This document shows, piece after piece, positions 14,223-28,460 of a stretch of 64,000 nucleotides of DNA (the stretch's first letter is position 1; each line of letters opens with the position of its first letter). The stretch lies in NCBI GenBank assembly GCA_951406725.2, contig OX597819.1, positions 16,430,001 to 16,494,000 of the forward strand, given 5' to 3'. A model generated the notes under the pieces. The model saw only the letters and a program-made list of their open reading frames with translations, ran no database searches and had not been told where the DNA came from. This DNA comes from Octopus vulgaris (taxonomy: Eukaryota). The position numbers were made by a program, and so were the translations under genes.

Positions 14223-15171
14223 TATTTACTTTATATTTACTTTTCTGACGAAAACAATGCCGTTCTGAACATTTTGGCCGCAACTGTACTGCCTCGCCCT
14301 ACCACCACCACCACCACCACCATTCTCTAGGCATCCGATGACGTCACTGAAAGCTGAATGTTAAAAATGTCTAAATCTTTACGTCCCCGTAACTAAGCAG
14401 TGACAAACAGTTCTATGACTGCTTTATCCCTCTCCATACAGAATACATTCATAAATGCACACCTCTCTCCCTCCCTCTCTCTCTATATATATATTTGTTT
14501 ACTATCCCGTTTAGATATGATCAACTGATCAACAAAATAAGTACCCCATCTGGTGAGAGATAAATACTGTCTAATGTACGCAGTATATAGTTATGAGCTA
14601 TAATAGTTTCATACACTGAAGATATTATCTAGGCAGGTTATAAAACATGCCTAGTATCTCCGAATAATCTTGGCACTGGCCACATGGCCTATGCAAGATA
14701 CAAATCAAAGCAATAGGGCAAGAGAAATCACCGGAAAAAACGAAATGAAGGTGGGTTCAAAAAGTGGAATTGTGAAAAGAAAACAATGGAAAAAAGAAAG
14801 GTAAAAAAATAGAATTAGAATTATTTCCCCTTTGACCGTTGAGTTGTAAGGCTAGATGGTGTAAAATCAACGGAAGGGATCTAAAATCTGTGATACCGCT
14901 GCTCAATCCGGTTTTCCTTTTCACCAGCATCCAAGGCTAAGATGTCTCACTCTCTCTCTCTCTCTCTTTTTCTTTTTCTTTCTCCTAACTAGACACAAGC
15001 CCTGATACAGCTTCACGAGTATAGTTTCTTGCAGCTTAGATATACGTACGTTATTTCATTTTCCCGTTTCGCTAATGGCTATTCATCCGATTGCACACAT
15101 TTGACTCTGCAACTAAGAAAATACTTATGATTACTTCCTACCTCAAAAACTATCCAACCTTGAAAATAAGA

Positions 15172-15247
<76 letters not shown>

Positions 15248-15388
15248 TCATACATGTATGTTTGTATGTATGTCATTATTCAGTTTATTTCAAGATTTCT
15301 TGCCAATAAAGAGACGGTTTCTAACCTAGATCCAAGGCTCCTTCATTGGAATTTCAACATCAAGAACGGGATATTTTTGTTTGTTTTT

Positions 15389-15456
15389 ATGTATGTATGT
15401 ATGTATGTATGTATGTATGTATGTATGTATGTATGTATGTATGTATGTATGTTTGC

Positions 15457-15487
<31 letters not shown>

Positions 15488-15510
15488 TGTATGTATGTAT
15501 GTATGTATGC

Positions 15511-15541
<31 letters not shown>

Positions 15542-15575
15542 TGTATGTATGTATGTATGTATGTATGTATGTATG
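15389..15575. repeat. (TATG)n microsatellite
   Basis: Directly visible. Confidence 0.96.
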
Positions 15576-16999
15576 TGCCGATTTGTATGCTTTACGTATG
15601 TATTCTCGTGCGTATAGTTGCATATCTAGACATGCTCAAACATATTTAAATGTTAAACTTCTTTTCAGTTTTACAGATTTTTATGCATGTATGTGTGTAT
15701 GTATGTATGTATGTATGATTGTATGTATGTATTGTGTATGCATGTATGTATGCATGCACCGAGACGCAAAAATACTCTGGCTGGTGTCTGAGGACGCAAT
15801 AATGCCACTAGGAGTGAGTGAGCCCTGGTCTTTGTTAAGGCATCCTTCTAAGACAAGGTTAACCTTTTTTTAAAACCTGGTTGCGCTACTGAGCTGGATA
15901 TCTTGCGCTTTACTTGTCTCTGGGCTCCTTGCTATTTCAAGTGAGAGTCGTTGTGATGTTGTACAAGCTGCACTCGACTTGAAGCTCTTGCACGGACACA
16001 GCTCCTGTCAGCGATCACTTGTCCGCGATGGTCATGTTCGTTTAACGACTAGACATCCACCATGTATGCGCATACGTTTCCAAATATGTTTATGTAAGCT
16101 TTACCTTTGATTGTACAAAAGATCTGTCACATCGCATGCTGAATTCTGTCCAATTCCAGATTGGTATTCACAAATCCCACACTGTTATTCCAGTGAATAC
16201 TCTTTAAATTGATACAAGTATTATAAAATATTATTAGCAAAGTTGCATTTCCGAAATCTTGATCACTGTTCTCATTCTGGGCGGAATCATTTGTGTTCTT
16301 CCAAGTTTCCTTAACTGTTGTTTAGCCTTCGGTCAGCTGTGGACGAATAGATCTTAGACCAAAAATCTTTCAGACTTGATCACCCCATCTTTTTCTGAGA
16401 TGATCTTTTAAAAATGTTTTTGCGGGAGACTGCAGTTATTTTTTTGCAAGAGAAGCTGCAATACACACTAAATATAGATGCTAGAATTTCTTTTCAATAA
16501 GAATATGAGAAAACATTTCAAGCGAAGGTGATGAAATCTTTCAATCAAACATTTCTAATCAACACAATTTGGATGTTTCTTTGAAAGTTCTAGAAAAAAA
16601 GATACAAAACAGGCAAGAAGACTATTTAAATGCTCTTTTTTTTTTCTTACATTTTCTTTAAATTAAGAAAGAAACTTGGTTGTCATTGGAATTTTAAAAA
16701 GATAAATTATTTAAAATTTGATATAGATTTAGGTCAATAAATTTCGTTCCTAATTTAAAGAAAATGAAAAGGGAATTTAAAACTATGTTTTTAACACATA
16801 TTTTCTCCTTCTTCAGTCAGAAGAACGGAAACATTTTTCAATGATATTTTCAAATTTCGTAGAAAATTTTCTTTCCAACTTTACATAAATGGCAGAAACT
16901 CTTAGCACAACGGAGCCATCACAAGTCCTAACTGAAACCCAAACCGTTTTTTGTTACTCGCAGACCCAGGGAGGCTTTATCAGATAACTTATAACTTAC

Positions 17000-17010
17000 T
17001 CTGACGCCAT
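17000..17010 (-). CDS. Candidate first coding mini-exon (ATG GCG TCA GA) of an unidentified host gene
   Basis: ACA-ATG-G Kozak context immediately followed by a perfect GTAAGT donor; unique UTR-like sequence upstream to ~17320; no downstream exon identified. Confidence 0.35.
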
Positions 17011-17321
17011 TGTGGTGTGTTCAAAGCTATTAAAGTCGCCTGAAAGTCTTTTAAAAGTCTGGCTCACATTTCACTCAACTTAACTTGGTAAATTCTTCAG
17101 AAATTGTGTTGTCAAATTGTTGAGGGTTTTGTTTTGTTTCTCGTTTTTTCTTTCTTTATTCTTTCACTTTTACAACAGATCATACAGCAACAACAACAGC
17201 AACAACAATAAAACTTAGCCGTAATTTTTTTTTTTTTTTTAAAAAGCGGGGAAACAATTCGGGAAACGAAATGAACAATTCTTTCTAATCCTCCACAAAC
17301 AGCTGTTTAAAGTCGGAGTAA

Positions 17322-17460
17322 TCTCTCTCCTTCTCCTTCTCTCTTTTTCTCATTCTTTCCTTCCATCTCTCTATCTCTTTCCTTCTTCTCTCTCTTTCTT
17401 TCTCTCTCTTTGTTTCTGTCTTTCCTTCTCTCTCTTTCTCCCTCCCTCTATCCCTCCTTC

Positions 17461-17503
<43 letters not shown>

Positions 17504-17534
17504 TCCTTTCTCTGTCTTTCTATCTCTCTCTCTA

Positions 17535-17573
<39 letters not shown>

Positions 17574-17586
17574 GTCTCTCTTCCTT

Positions 17587-17628
<42 letters not shown>

Positions 17629-17789
17629 CTGACTGTCTCTATTTCTTTTTCTCCCTCGCTCTGTTTCACCTCCTCTCTCTCTCTGTCTCTCTTTCCCTTC
17701 TTTCTTTCTCTCACTCTCTCTTTCTTTCTCTCACTCTCTCTTTATTTCTAACTCTCTGTCTGTCTCCCTGCCTTTCTCACTCTCTCTCA

Positions 17790-17846
<57 letters not shown>
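17322..17846. repeat. CT-rich polypyrimidine tract plus (CA)n
   Basis: Directly visible. Confidence 0.93.
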
Positions 17847-17848
<2 letters not shown>

Positions 17849-18204
17849 TATTATGACGTTAATCCCATTCAATCCCTTTCATGAATCCTTGAGTTCATCC
17901 TTTCTCCTCTTACCACCCGTTTCCAGATAAAAACCTTTATCGGCGAGAGGGTTAAGTCATGCTCCTCTCACCCTCCAACCTCTCTCTTTTCCCCTCTCCT
18001 TCCATGATTCGTCAGGGAATGGCTCAGATATAAAAGGTTTGTGAAACGAACGAACTATAAAGGCAGCAGAAGCTGAAATTTAAAGAACAGCATTTCAAAC
18101 CTGATACGACTATCAGTATATTACTGGTACTTGTTATCACCAAAAGAAATAGTAAGCTCTAAATAATTATTTCAAATTTTTGCCTCAAGGGCAGTTTAGG
18201 GGAA

Positions 18205-18635
18205 GGGATTGAGTCGATTATATCGACCCCAGTGCGTAACTGGTATTTAATTTATCCACTCCGAAAGGATGAAAGGCAAAGTCGACCTCGGTGGTGTTTG
18301 AACTCAGAACGTAGCGGCAGATGAAATACCTATTTCTTTACTACCCACCAGGGGCTAAACACAGAGAGGACAAACAAGGACAGACAAACGGATTGAGTCG
18401 ATTATATCGACCCCAGTGCGTAACTGGTATTTAATTTATCGACTCCGAAAGGATGAAAGGCAAAGTCGACCACGGCGGTGTTTGAACTCAGAACGTAGCG
18501 GCAGATGAAATACCTATTTCTTTACTACCCACAAGGGGCTAAACACAGAGAGGACAAACAAGGACAGACAAACGGATTAAGTCGATTATATCGACCGCAG
18601 TGCGTAATTGGTACTTATTTAATCGACCCCGAAAA
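18205..18635 (-). mobile_element. Tandem ~180-bp partial units of SINE family B (Nin/Deu-like core)
   Basis: Repeats of GAAAGGATGAAAGGCAAAGTCGAC...GAAATACCTATTTCTTT at ~180-bp period. Confidence 0.82.
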
Positions 18636-19034
18636 ATTTAGCTACCATTACTGTCGTACATTTCTTACTCCCATAAGTGTCTCTTTTCTATTACTCCGTC
18701 CTCCACCACCTTCTTATCCCAGCCTTCAGCCGCTCTGTCTCTACTATCATACTCTCATTTCATTCATCCACTTATTCTGATCGTTCTTTTTCTTTTCGCA
18801 CTCCTGGTCACATGACCTCCAACAAAACAAAGACACGGAAGGGTACCAAGAATACATTAGCCTTGTGAGGGTGACTTTATTAGTGGCGGTGCCATGATAA
18901 AAGGCACCCAATCTACTCTGTAAAGTGAATGATACGTGAATGGAGCCAACATATGGTTAAGAAAACCTTTTAATCTCACCAAGGACACATCGCCTTGTCT
19001 ATTGTTGACGCCACGATAAACTGTACAACTGTAC

Positions 19035-19267
19035 AGGCGGCGAGCTGGCAGAAACGTTAGCACGCCGGGCGAAATGTGTAGCCGTATTTCGTCTGCCGCT
19101 AAGTTCTGAGTTCAAATTCCGCCGAGGTCGACTTTGCCTTTCATCCTTTCGGGGTCGATTAAATAAGTACCAGTTACGCACTGGGGTCGATGTAATTGAG
19201 TTAATCCCTTTGTCTGTCCTTGTTTGTCCCCTCTATGTTTAGCCCCCTGTGGGCAATAAAGAAATAT
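19035..19267 (+). mobile_element. Full SINE family B copy with TSD
   Basis: tRNA-like head (GAGCTGGCAGAAACGTTAG...GAGTTCAAATTC), core GTCGACTTTGCCTTTCATCCTTTCGGGGTCGAT; direct repeat ATAAACTGTACAACTG at 19016 and 19268. Confidence 0.88.
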
Positions 19268-19818
19268 ATAAACTGTACAACTGCATACTCTGTACATTAG
19301 GAAGAGCATCCAGCCATAGAGACCAGTGATGTGTATCGCTTCGTTCCTTCAACTCTTCTTCGCTTATTTTGCTCTTATCTTTATTTACTCGACTTGCATT
19401 TTACCCAGACATCCTATCAGATTTAGTTTTAGCCTTTAACTCTCTCTTTTCCTGATATACCGTGTTTTTCTTCTTTCTTCTTGTTTTTCATTATCTTTTT
19501 CATAATTCTTAATCTTTAAGAATCCTTAAGAACTCTTTCAAAATCTTTTCATTCTCACTTTCACCTCGTTTTCTTTACATCAACATTTTCATCTTTTTCA
19601 TTCTTTTACTATTCTTCACTCATTAGACTGCGACCATATGGGTCACAGCCTTTAAGGGTTCAGTCGAACAACTCGAGCCCATTAGTTCTTTTCTTAGCCT
19701 TGTACTTATTCTAACGATCTCTTTTTACCGGACCGCTAAGTTATAGGCACGTGAACAAACCAACACCGGTTGTCAGGTGAAGTGGGGGACAAAACAAAGA
19801 CACACACACACACACACA

Positions 19819-19875
<57 letters not shown>

Positions 19876-20548
19876 CAATTCAATAAAGAAACATGTTATT
19901 CACAACATATAGAAAACATATACTATAGAAAGAAACTTATTCTAAAAATCAATAAAGTACAATAAATAGTAAAATAGTAGTAAAAATACTACGCACGTTT
20001 CGTGGCTATATTTTCAAATAGATAATAATAATAATAAAATCAATTATTATCTATTTGAAAATATAGCCACGAAACGTGCGTAGTCTTTTTACTACTATTG
20101 TACTTTATTGATTTTTGGAATAAGTTTTTTTTTATAGTATATGTTTTCTATATGTTGTGAATAACATGTTTCTTTATTGAATTGTTTAATATATGTGTGT
20201 GTGTATCTTTGTTTAAAATTAAATCGAACTAAAATTAATTCTATTTAAAAATGTAGCTACTCATCAGGTCTAAGGTAATAAATAATAGAAAATAAAAAAT
20301 AATAATAGAATAAATGTACTTATTTTAACTTATACTAATTATTAAATAAATATATATATAAATACGTGTATTAACTATCAATAATCGATTATCAAATAAA
20401 TATATTAAAAAAATACGTGTATTAACTATAAATAATCGAAAAACATTTAACAATATTTCTTAAAATAAAAATATAACTTATCTTATCGAAGGATATTCGT
20501 TAACTAAAAATTTAAACGTAAAACGTAGAAATTAGCGTTTATAAGAAA

Positions 20549-21002
20549 CTAGCAGTATAGCCCGGCGTTGCTCGGGTTTGTAAGGGAAATAACTATATAA
20601 GCATTTTTAGAGAGTTACTTCCCTTATAGATGCCAATTCGGGCTTTCTTAGCCATTTCTGTTTTGGTGTCTTCAAGCCATGAAGTCGTTGTTCTAAAAGA
20701 ACGCTGGTCTCCTTGACAACGCTTTACGACGTTGATTTCCTTACACTCCCTTCCCCACAGCTTCACGAGGGAGGGAAGAAGGGGGAGAAGCAAACAGGTG
20801 GAGGTGTGACACACGAAAAATTATGCATTAAAATGGAATAAAAAATTATGTTAAATTATTTTTAAAATCGTAGACTCATCGTAGACGGGCTCGATATGAA
20901 TCACGACTATAGGATACCCGAATTTGGTTAAACTGTGGGAGTAGTTAGGAATCTAATCGAAGGGGACAGACACTCACACAACTACAGTTTTATATATATA
21001 GA
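20549..21002 (-). mobile_element. Non-autonomous Helitron
   Basis: Minus strand starts TC, ends CTAG after GC hairpin CCCGAGCAACGCCGGG; inserted in A|T with no TSD; empty site seen in the paralog at ~31260-31275. Confidence 0.85.
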
Positions 21003-21242
21003 TATATCGCGTCAAAATATGGCGTAAATTGAATTTATAGAAGAAATAGATAGGAATATGTATTTAAGCTATTAAAATTAAAATTACAAATATATTTTAG
21101 CTGTAAGAATAAAGAGAAAAAATTAACTTTAATATACCATTAACTGGAAAAATTGTAAAGTCTAAATAATTTAAATACTAAATACGTAAAATACTTAATA
21201 TAAAAAACATAAATTAAGCTAAAATTCTATAATTTAATCTAT

Positions 21243-21650
21243 ACTCTTTACTCTTTTACTCTTTTACTTGTTTCAGTCATTTGACTGCGGCCATGCTGGA
21301 GCACCGCCTTTGATCGAGCAACTCGACCCCGGGACTTATTCTTTTGTAAGCCCAGTACTTATTCTATCGATCTCTTTTGCCGAACCGCTAAGTGACAGGG
21401 ACATACACACACCAGCATCGGTTGTCAAGCAATGCTAGGGGGACATACACAGACACACATACACACACACATGCATATATATATATACATATATACGACG
21501 GGCTTCTTTCAGTTTCCGTCTACCAAATCCACTCACAAGGCTTTGGTCGGTCCGAGGGTATAGTAGAAGACACTTACCCAAGGTGCCACGCAGTGGGACT
21601 GAACCCGGAACCATGTGGTTGGTAAACAAGCTACTTACCACACAGCCATT
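21243..21650 (-). mobile_element. SINE family A
   Basis: Family A sequence, reverse complement. Confidence 0.88.
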
Positions 21651-22056
21651 TTCACTAATTAATTTATTTATTTTCTAAACATCTAATTTTCAACTTAATC
21701 TAATTATGTAATACAGACTATATAATCTCGTGTTAATTCATACACATTTTATTACTACAAATTATAACTACAACAATTAGTAACATAAAACAGGGTTTAT
21801 ACATATACACAAATTAGCTAAACTTATTATATAAGTAATTTAATTTATGTCTACATTTAATTTTTCGTTCAAGTGAATTAGCCAAATTTTTGTTATTAGT
21901 TAATAATATTTCCTTAAATTCGTTAGTACATAATAAACAAAAATTACTACCTATTCGATATGAGTTTGCCTTATAAACTATCTCCTAATTTAAATTGTAC
22001 TTAATATTTTTTACATTTTAGTTCCCATATATATTTACTAAGGCCAGTAGAATTAC

Positions 22057-22221
<165 letters not shown>

Positions 22222-22413
22222 AATGTATGTATGTATGTACGACAGGCTTCTTTCAGTTTTCGCCTACCAGATCCACTCTCAGGGCTTTGATCGGCCCAGG
22301 GCTATATTAGAGGAAGACACATGCCCAAAATGCCAATATTTTTTCCCAAAACTTTTCTATTTAATTTTTGGTATCACTACCAATACTCCAAATTTTTTTT
22401 GTTTCCATTATTA

Positions 22414-22780
22414 TTACTTCCGCCTTAGCGAAGGCGGAGGTATTGTTTTCAGTCGTGTTTGTTTGTTTGTTTGTCCGCGGACACGATATCTCAAGAACCG
22501 CTGGATGGATTCGGATGAAATTTTCAGGGATGTTTGACTTCGTGACTAGCACGAGCTGATTAGATCTGGAGATCGATCCGGTACCGGACATAGATTTTAG
22601 ATTATTTTTTCGGAGTTTTTTACTTAATTTTTGAGAGCGGCCGGCTTCATTTTTAGTGTTCTCATTTGTGCGAGCAGTCAAGTTTAATACAGATATTCTC
22701 ATTTTAAAAATCATCTCCGGTTAATCGTTGGGAAGACGTTGGTGTTGCGTTGGCGGAAATTTGCGTTCTCTGGGTATTCT
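22414..22780 (+). mobile_element. Helentron-associated non-autonomous element (HINE/DINE-1-like)
   Basis: 5' hairpin TCCGCCTT..AAGGCGGA, (GTTT)n, GATATCTC...GGATGAAATTTT core, 3' sub-TIR GGCGGA, T-rich flanks. Confidence 0.65.
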
Positions 22781-23011
22781 TTTGTTTTTTATTATATTTC
22801 TATACTCTTTACTCTTTTACTCTTTTACTTGTTTCAGTCATTTGACTGCGGCCATGCTGGAGTACCGCCTTTAGTCGAGCAAATCGACCCCGGGACTTAG
22901 TCTTTGTAAGCCCAGTACTTATATTCTATCGGTCTCTTTTGCCGAACCGCTAAGTGAACACACCAGCATCGGTTGTCAAGCAATGCTAGGGGGACAAACA
23001 CAGACACACAA

Positions 23012-23068
<57 letters not shown>

Positions 23069-23422
23069 TACGACAGGCTTCTTTCAGTTTCCGTCTACCA
23101 AATCCACTCAGAAGGCATTGGTCGGCCCGGGGCTATAGCAGAAGACACTTGCCCAAGATGCCACGCAGTGGGACTGAACCCGGAACCATGTGGCTGGTTA
23201 GCAAGCTACTTTATTTCATGAAAGATTCGCCATTAAAGAGTTACATAGAGGGGACATACAAATACAGACAAACATATAGGATGTAGTAGCTTAAAACGTT
23301 GGTGATTACAATAAAATATATATAATATTTACAATATAAAGTTTTTAAAAATTTGGTATTATACAGTAGGGCACGGATCCCAGCCATCTGGGTAGAACCT
23401 TTACTTCTTGATCCGGCCACAC

Positions 23423-26400
23423 TTACCTGGTGCCAGATATACCCAGCTTGCACGCTACAGACTTCCATCTTTTCGCAAACATATCTCGTGACAGACACCT
23501 CTTCTCCAGCCTGATCTTACTACCGAGGTGGTAACTGAAAAAGTTAACCAACCCCTGGCCGGATACAAAGGTACCTGTCACTATACCTTTCGTACGCGTC
23601 TTCCATACTGTTTCTTTCAGTATGGCTACTACGCAGGAAAAACAAGCCTTCCTTTCCCTGCTGGGGAAAGGAGGTGGCACAATCTCAATGATAGACTGTA
23701 CTCTTCCATTCACTGACAACAGTTGTTCGGCGAAAGCAATCAGTCCCGATAACTGCGGACACTCCACGAATGCGTGCAAGACGGTTTCCCTATCCTGCTC
23801 ACATCGCGGACATGTCGGCGAGACGGCACTTCCGTGCCTTGACAGCTTGTCGCGAACAGGTAACGCCGTACGGAAACACTGCCAGGCCAGGGATTTCTGG
23901 TAATTATCCAGGTACCCCGGCCCGAACGTTCTCCAGAACAGGTTGGTCAACTGATTTTCATCGTAGCCCAGGGTCTCCCCCAAGGCGTCTTCGGACTTAA
24001 CCTCCACTAACCCGCTAGAGAAATCCGCGGTGGAACTCCTGTTGCCGGCTTTGCCCACCCGAGGGAGTAGCTGAAGTGCCTGACGGCACTCCAATTGCCA
24101 GTCCCCCAGCCTAGGTCTCTGCTTGATCCAATTACCAATGTCCGTTAAGGACGTTAATCGCGGAAGGTAGAACCGAACGTGCGGTGACCACACCTGTTCT
24201 CCATCCAAGTAAAGCCAGAGGTGCCTCAACCTTAACGCGACCTTTCGCATCTTCAGCCAAGGCATCCCTAGCCCACCCTTTAGCGGTTTCTGGCAGCAGA
24301 CAGAGCGCTTTACAAGTGGCTTCCCTCCTTTCCACAAAAAGTGGAAAAGGATTCTCTCCAACTTGTTCAGTCACAAATCGGGGCAAGGCACCACGGTCAG
24401 GCGGTAGGTGACTACTGATGCTATGAACATCTGCACCACCTCCTAGCAGGGATAACGCCCGTCCAGACCAGGTCTGGGTTAGAGCGGTCACCTTGCCGGC
24501 CACCTCACTCCAATTTTTCTCTATCTGGAGGTTTGGCCCGAACCAGACTCCGAGCAGCTTAACAGGACCTTCCGTCCAACGCCCTACGACGTTATTGGAC
24601 GGCATCGGCTTGCCCCTCCAGGTGCCGAGTTGCAAACCGACCGACTTGTCCTTGTTCACCTTTGCTCCTGCCACCGCCTCGTAGCTTTTTATGGCCTCTT
24701 CCACCACTGAAAGCTGGTCCTCATCTGCCACGATGATGGAGATGTCATCCGCGTACGCCGTAGCTCCTCTTCCACACCATAGATCATGCGGTGCGCCCCC
24801 TATTGCCTCCAACTTCCGCAGCAAGGGCTCAAGAGCCAACGCATATAGAAGCGGGGACAGGGGACACCCCTGACGAACTGAACGCTCGATCCTGAACGGC
24901 TTCGAAAGGAAGCCGTTCACCTTGACCACAGACTCGATGTCACTATAGAAAGCAGCGATCCAACCTCGAAAGGTCGGGCCCAGGCCAGCCTCCCCGAGGA
25001 CCGCCGCCAAGTACCGATGGTCGACCCTATCAAATGCCTTAGACTGGTCTAAATGTACCAGTGCCTCCCCTGCGCCAGAAAGCTTCCCGACCCTCTGTAA
25101 GGAGTAGCGTATAAGGTGGAGATTGTCGTGTATCGTCCTGCCCGGGATAGCGCACGTTTGCGCTTCTCCAACAAGTTTATCCACGACCCGCGCCAACCTT
25201 TTCGCCAGCACCTTGGCCAAAATCTGGGCCTGAAGTTGCTTATCTCGTCCCCCTTGGTCGGGTCCTTCCTGATCAACGTCACCACACCCCGGCTCACAGA
25301 CTTGGGAATTTTCCCATTCTGCTGCCAGTTGGCGAAGACGCTAGCCAGCAGGTGCCCGAACAAGTCTGGCATACTTCATAGGGCAGACCATCGAGACCCG
25401 GCGACTTCTCCCCGGGGCACTCGCCCAACTCCTCGATTACTTATTCGGCTGTGATTGGCCCCTCACAGCACTCAGCCTCTCGTGCCGAGAGACGCGGGCC
25501 ACCAGACAGGAAGTCCCTAAGGGCCTCACCATGATCCAGCGTCCCGCACCTCCCGAACAACTCGGCGAAGTGCTTGTAAAGTGCCTCACACATCTCGTCC
25601 CGCTCCTTCACCGTGCATCCGTTTCCGTCAACAAGAGACCTAATTGTGGCATTGTTGCCACACTGGGTTTCTATCGTACGGGCCCATCCGGCAACAGTAA
25701 TTCCCTCACGGCCCAATGCTCGTACTTTAGCCCGAACTCTACACCCCTCATGTTTGGTTTTGAGGTGACGGTCTAAAGCCGTTCTCGCCGCCAAAATGTG
25801 AGATACAGAGCCCAACCTCAACGCCTCCTCTAACTTCTTAGCTAATTGCCCTTCTAATCTAGCCTTATCTAGTCTTAGTTGCTTACTAAACCTAATTGAC
25901 TCGAATCGAATGGCTCTTTTCAGGGCGAACCACCACCGGTTATTAACCACGGCTCCGGTTAACGCCCTCTGCACTAACTCCTTAATCCGACTGCGGTATG
26001 CCTCACAAGTCAAAATAGACTTGTTCAGCTTCCAGTAGCCGTTTCCTATCTTTAGTGTGCTACCTATGTCCAGTCTACACTTGACCATTCTATGGTCCGT
26101 ATAGGGCACCTGGACGAGCTGTGGACAACTAAAACTAGACTTATCTCTAGTTCTTATCACTATCCTGTCTAGATAAGACTTGAACCTTCCGTCGCCACTC
26201 ATCCAGGTCCACTCTGGGACGTTCGGATGGTCAAGTCTGTAACGATCTGCCAGCTGAAACCGCTTAAGCAGGTCCACGAGACGAGAGTTCACTTTCCTAT
26301 GGATCGAGCCAACACTATCGATGTGTACGTCAACGATAGCATTAAAGTCCCCTAATACCTATTTCTTTATTACCCACAAGGGGCTAAACACAGAGGGGAC

Positions 26401-26998
26401 AAACAAGGACAGACATAGGTATTAAGTCGATTACATCGACCCCAGTGCGTAACTGGTACTTAATTTATCGACCCCGAAAGGATGAAAGGCAAAGTCGACC
26501 TCGGCGGAATTTGAACTCACAACGTAGCGACAGACGAAATACCGCTAAGCATTTCGCCCGGCGTGCTAACGATTCTGCCAGCTCGCCACTAATGTCTTCG
26601 ACGTCACGAGAATGTTCTCTAGGAGCCGATCAAAAATCAGTTTGGAAGCCTCTAGCACAAGGTGCATAGAGTCCGATCAACCTGAAGGCCTTACTGCTGT
26701 ATATCACATCAAGGACGACCAGCCCACCTTCAGGGTCCACATAGACTGTACTTGTCTGCAGAGCCAATCTTTTACGGATTAGTACCACTACGCCCCCTCG
26801 TCCTCCGGTCTGACCGGGAGACATGATTTTCTCGTAGCCATTCAGGAGAGGCGAGAAGGTTTGTAGACCGTCCAGCTTGGTCTCTGTAGCAACCATCACA
26901 TGCATATCATGTGATCTGAGATCGTCGAGGAAACACGCCTGCTTCCACTTCGAACTCAGACCACGCACATCCAAACAACCAAGGTTAAGAGACGCCAT
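23423..26998 (-). pseudogene. Tx1/L1 ORF2 (APE endonuclease, RT, C-terminal zinc finger), frameshifted and SINE-interrupted
   Basis: GDFN, SYLDRI, TDH, LDQSKAFDRV, RQGCPLSP, YADD, CPRC...ETVLHAF..C motifs. Confidence 0.92.
26355..26588 (-). mobile_element. SINE family B nested in Tx1 ORF2
   Basis: Family B sequence; short CTAAT duplication at both sides. Confidence 0.88.
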
Positions 26999-27015
26999 TA
27001 CAAAAAGTAAAGGTT

Positions 27016-28460
27016 CTACTTACATTTCTTTGGAGATGTGGGGGCTGACCTCACCACACGTGGATCCGTCCCCTTCTTCTCCTCTCTCTTCGCGTAACCC
27101 GGTAAATCAACAATCTTCCATATGGCCATCTGGTTTCTGTCCTTTAGTTCCCGGTATAGGGATTCTTCTACCCTTGCACATCTGTTCTTCAAGTCATGGT
27201 GTTGGATGTACAGCATAGTCTTTTTGTGCTTTACAATGGCGTCGCTTGTATACGTGTCTGTTGTATCGTATTCCATCAACATAACATTTTTGTTTTCTTC
27301 CGGGACAGATGGGCAGGGTTTCTTTTTTGGTGTCTGTGGTGCGTTTTTTTCTGTTTTGTGTGGGGGATATGGGTGGGGAAGGTCTACGGGAACGTTTCTT
27401 TCCCACTAGTGTGAATCCACCCTCTGAAACCTCCGTGGTGTTATCTGAGGGGTTAAAGGCAGTTTCTTTCGGCGCAGTGTTTTCCGTTGGTGCCGGGTCT
27501 TCCAAGAGGGTTGGGTCATTTTTTTTATGTAGGGACTTGTGCGTGCCGGGGCTGGGTTTTTCTGTGCTTTGTTTGGGGACTAGCACCTCAACAACGGGGG
27601 TGGGAGTTTTTGTGTTTGTGGGGGTTGGTGTGTTTGCGGGGGCGGTTTTTTTTTGTTATTTGAGGGGCCTGGTGTTTGCAACAACTTTTTTTTTCTTCAC
27701 AGTCAGCTCGAATGTGGCCCTTTTTTCCGCATTGGTAACAGGTGGGCTTACGGCCTTCCACCTGTACCCTAAGGGCCACATTCTCCCCAACGAGTACTCT
27801 CTCTGGTAGGGCCTGAATGTCCTCCTGTTTGCCTTGTATTAAAACCGTTCTGTTCCGCCCTAACCACATCTGTCGGGCGGAACTTGTGGTCTCTAATATG
27901 TTTATCCGGTCGGTCCTGTTGAACAACAGGCCGTCCACCACTTCTTTCGGGTCTACTGTGGGTGGGATTTCGTTAATCCTTACACGGGATGTTCGTCGCC
28001 CCCTGTACGTTGGCAAAAGTACCACTTCCTTGGTCTTCAGGGGGCACACGGCGTGCCCGCGAGCCACCTTTTCCTCTGAGAATTGAACCTCGACGGATCC
28101 GTATGCCCGTCCCCTCGAGATATACACTATCGGGGCCAGGCATTTTTCAATGGTTTCCTTCCCGAAGTGCTTTAACCTTTTGTCTTGTGGGCAGAAGGTT
28201 TTAAACACCACGGTCCTCTTTTCCGTTTCTAGCACGGTGGAGGAGGGCGATATCACAACATCACCTCCCTCCTCCTTCATTCTTTTAAAATATCCCTGCA
28301 GCATGTCTGCAGAGATATCTATGTTTTCGGTTGCTACTTCTGCAACTGCCGAAAACTTTTTTTACAGCGTTGGCGCAATTGCCAACATCAACATTGCTCT
28401 CTTCAAGAGTAGATTTTTCATGTATTATTTCAACCGACATGGTTGAAAAGTAATTGGTTT
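27016..28460 (-). pseudogene. Tx1/L1 ORF1 (gag-like, zinc knuckle), frameshifted
   Basis: CYQCGKKGHIRADC CCHC knuckle; lies upstream of ORF2. Confidence 0.82.

Larger units (their letters stand above)
19866..21900 (-). mobile_element. AT-rich PLE pLTR fragments (same family as 33905-34885), including inverted pair 19866-20192; interrupted by Helitron and SINE
   Basis: Reverse-complement match to 33905-34870; split HHR halves (CTGATGA at ~20262-20268 minus; GAAACGTGCGTAGTC at 20071). Confidence 0.75.

Noticed and set aside
14329-14362. CCGATGA..GAAAGCT HHR-like string (also ~9568)
   Set aside because: No stem II pairing and G at the cleavage position
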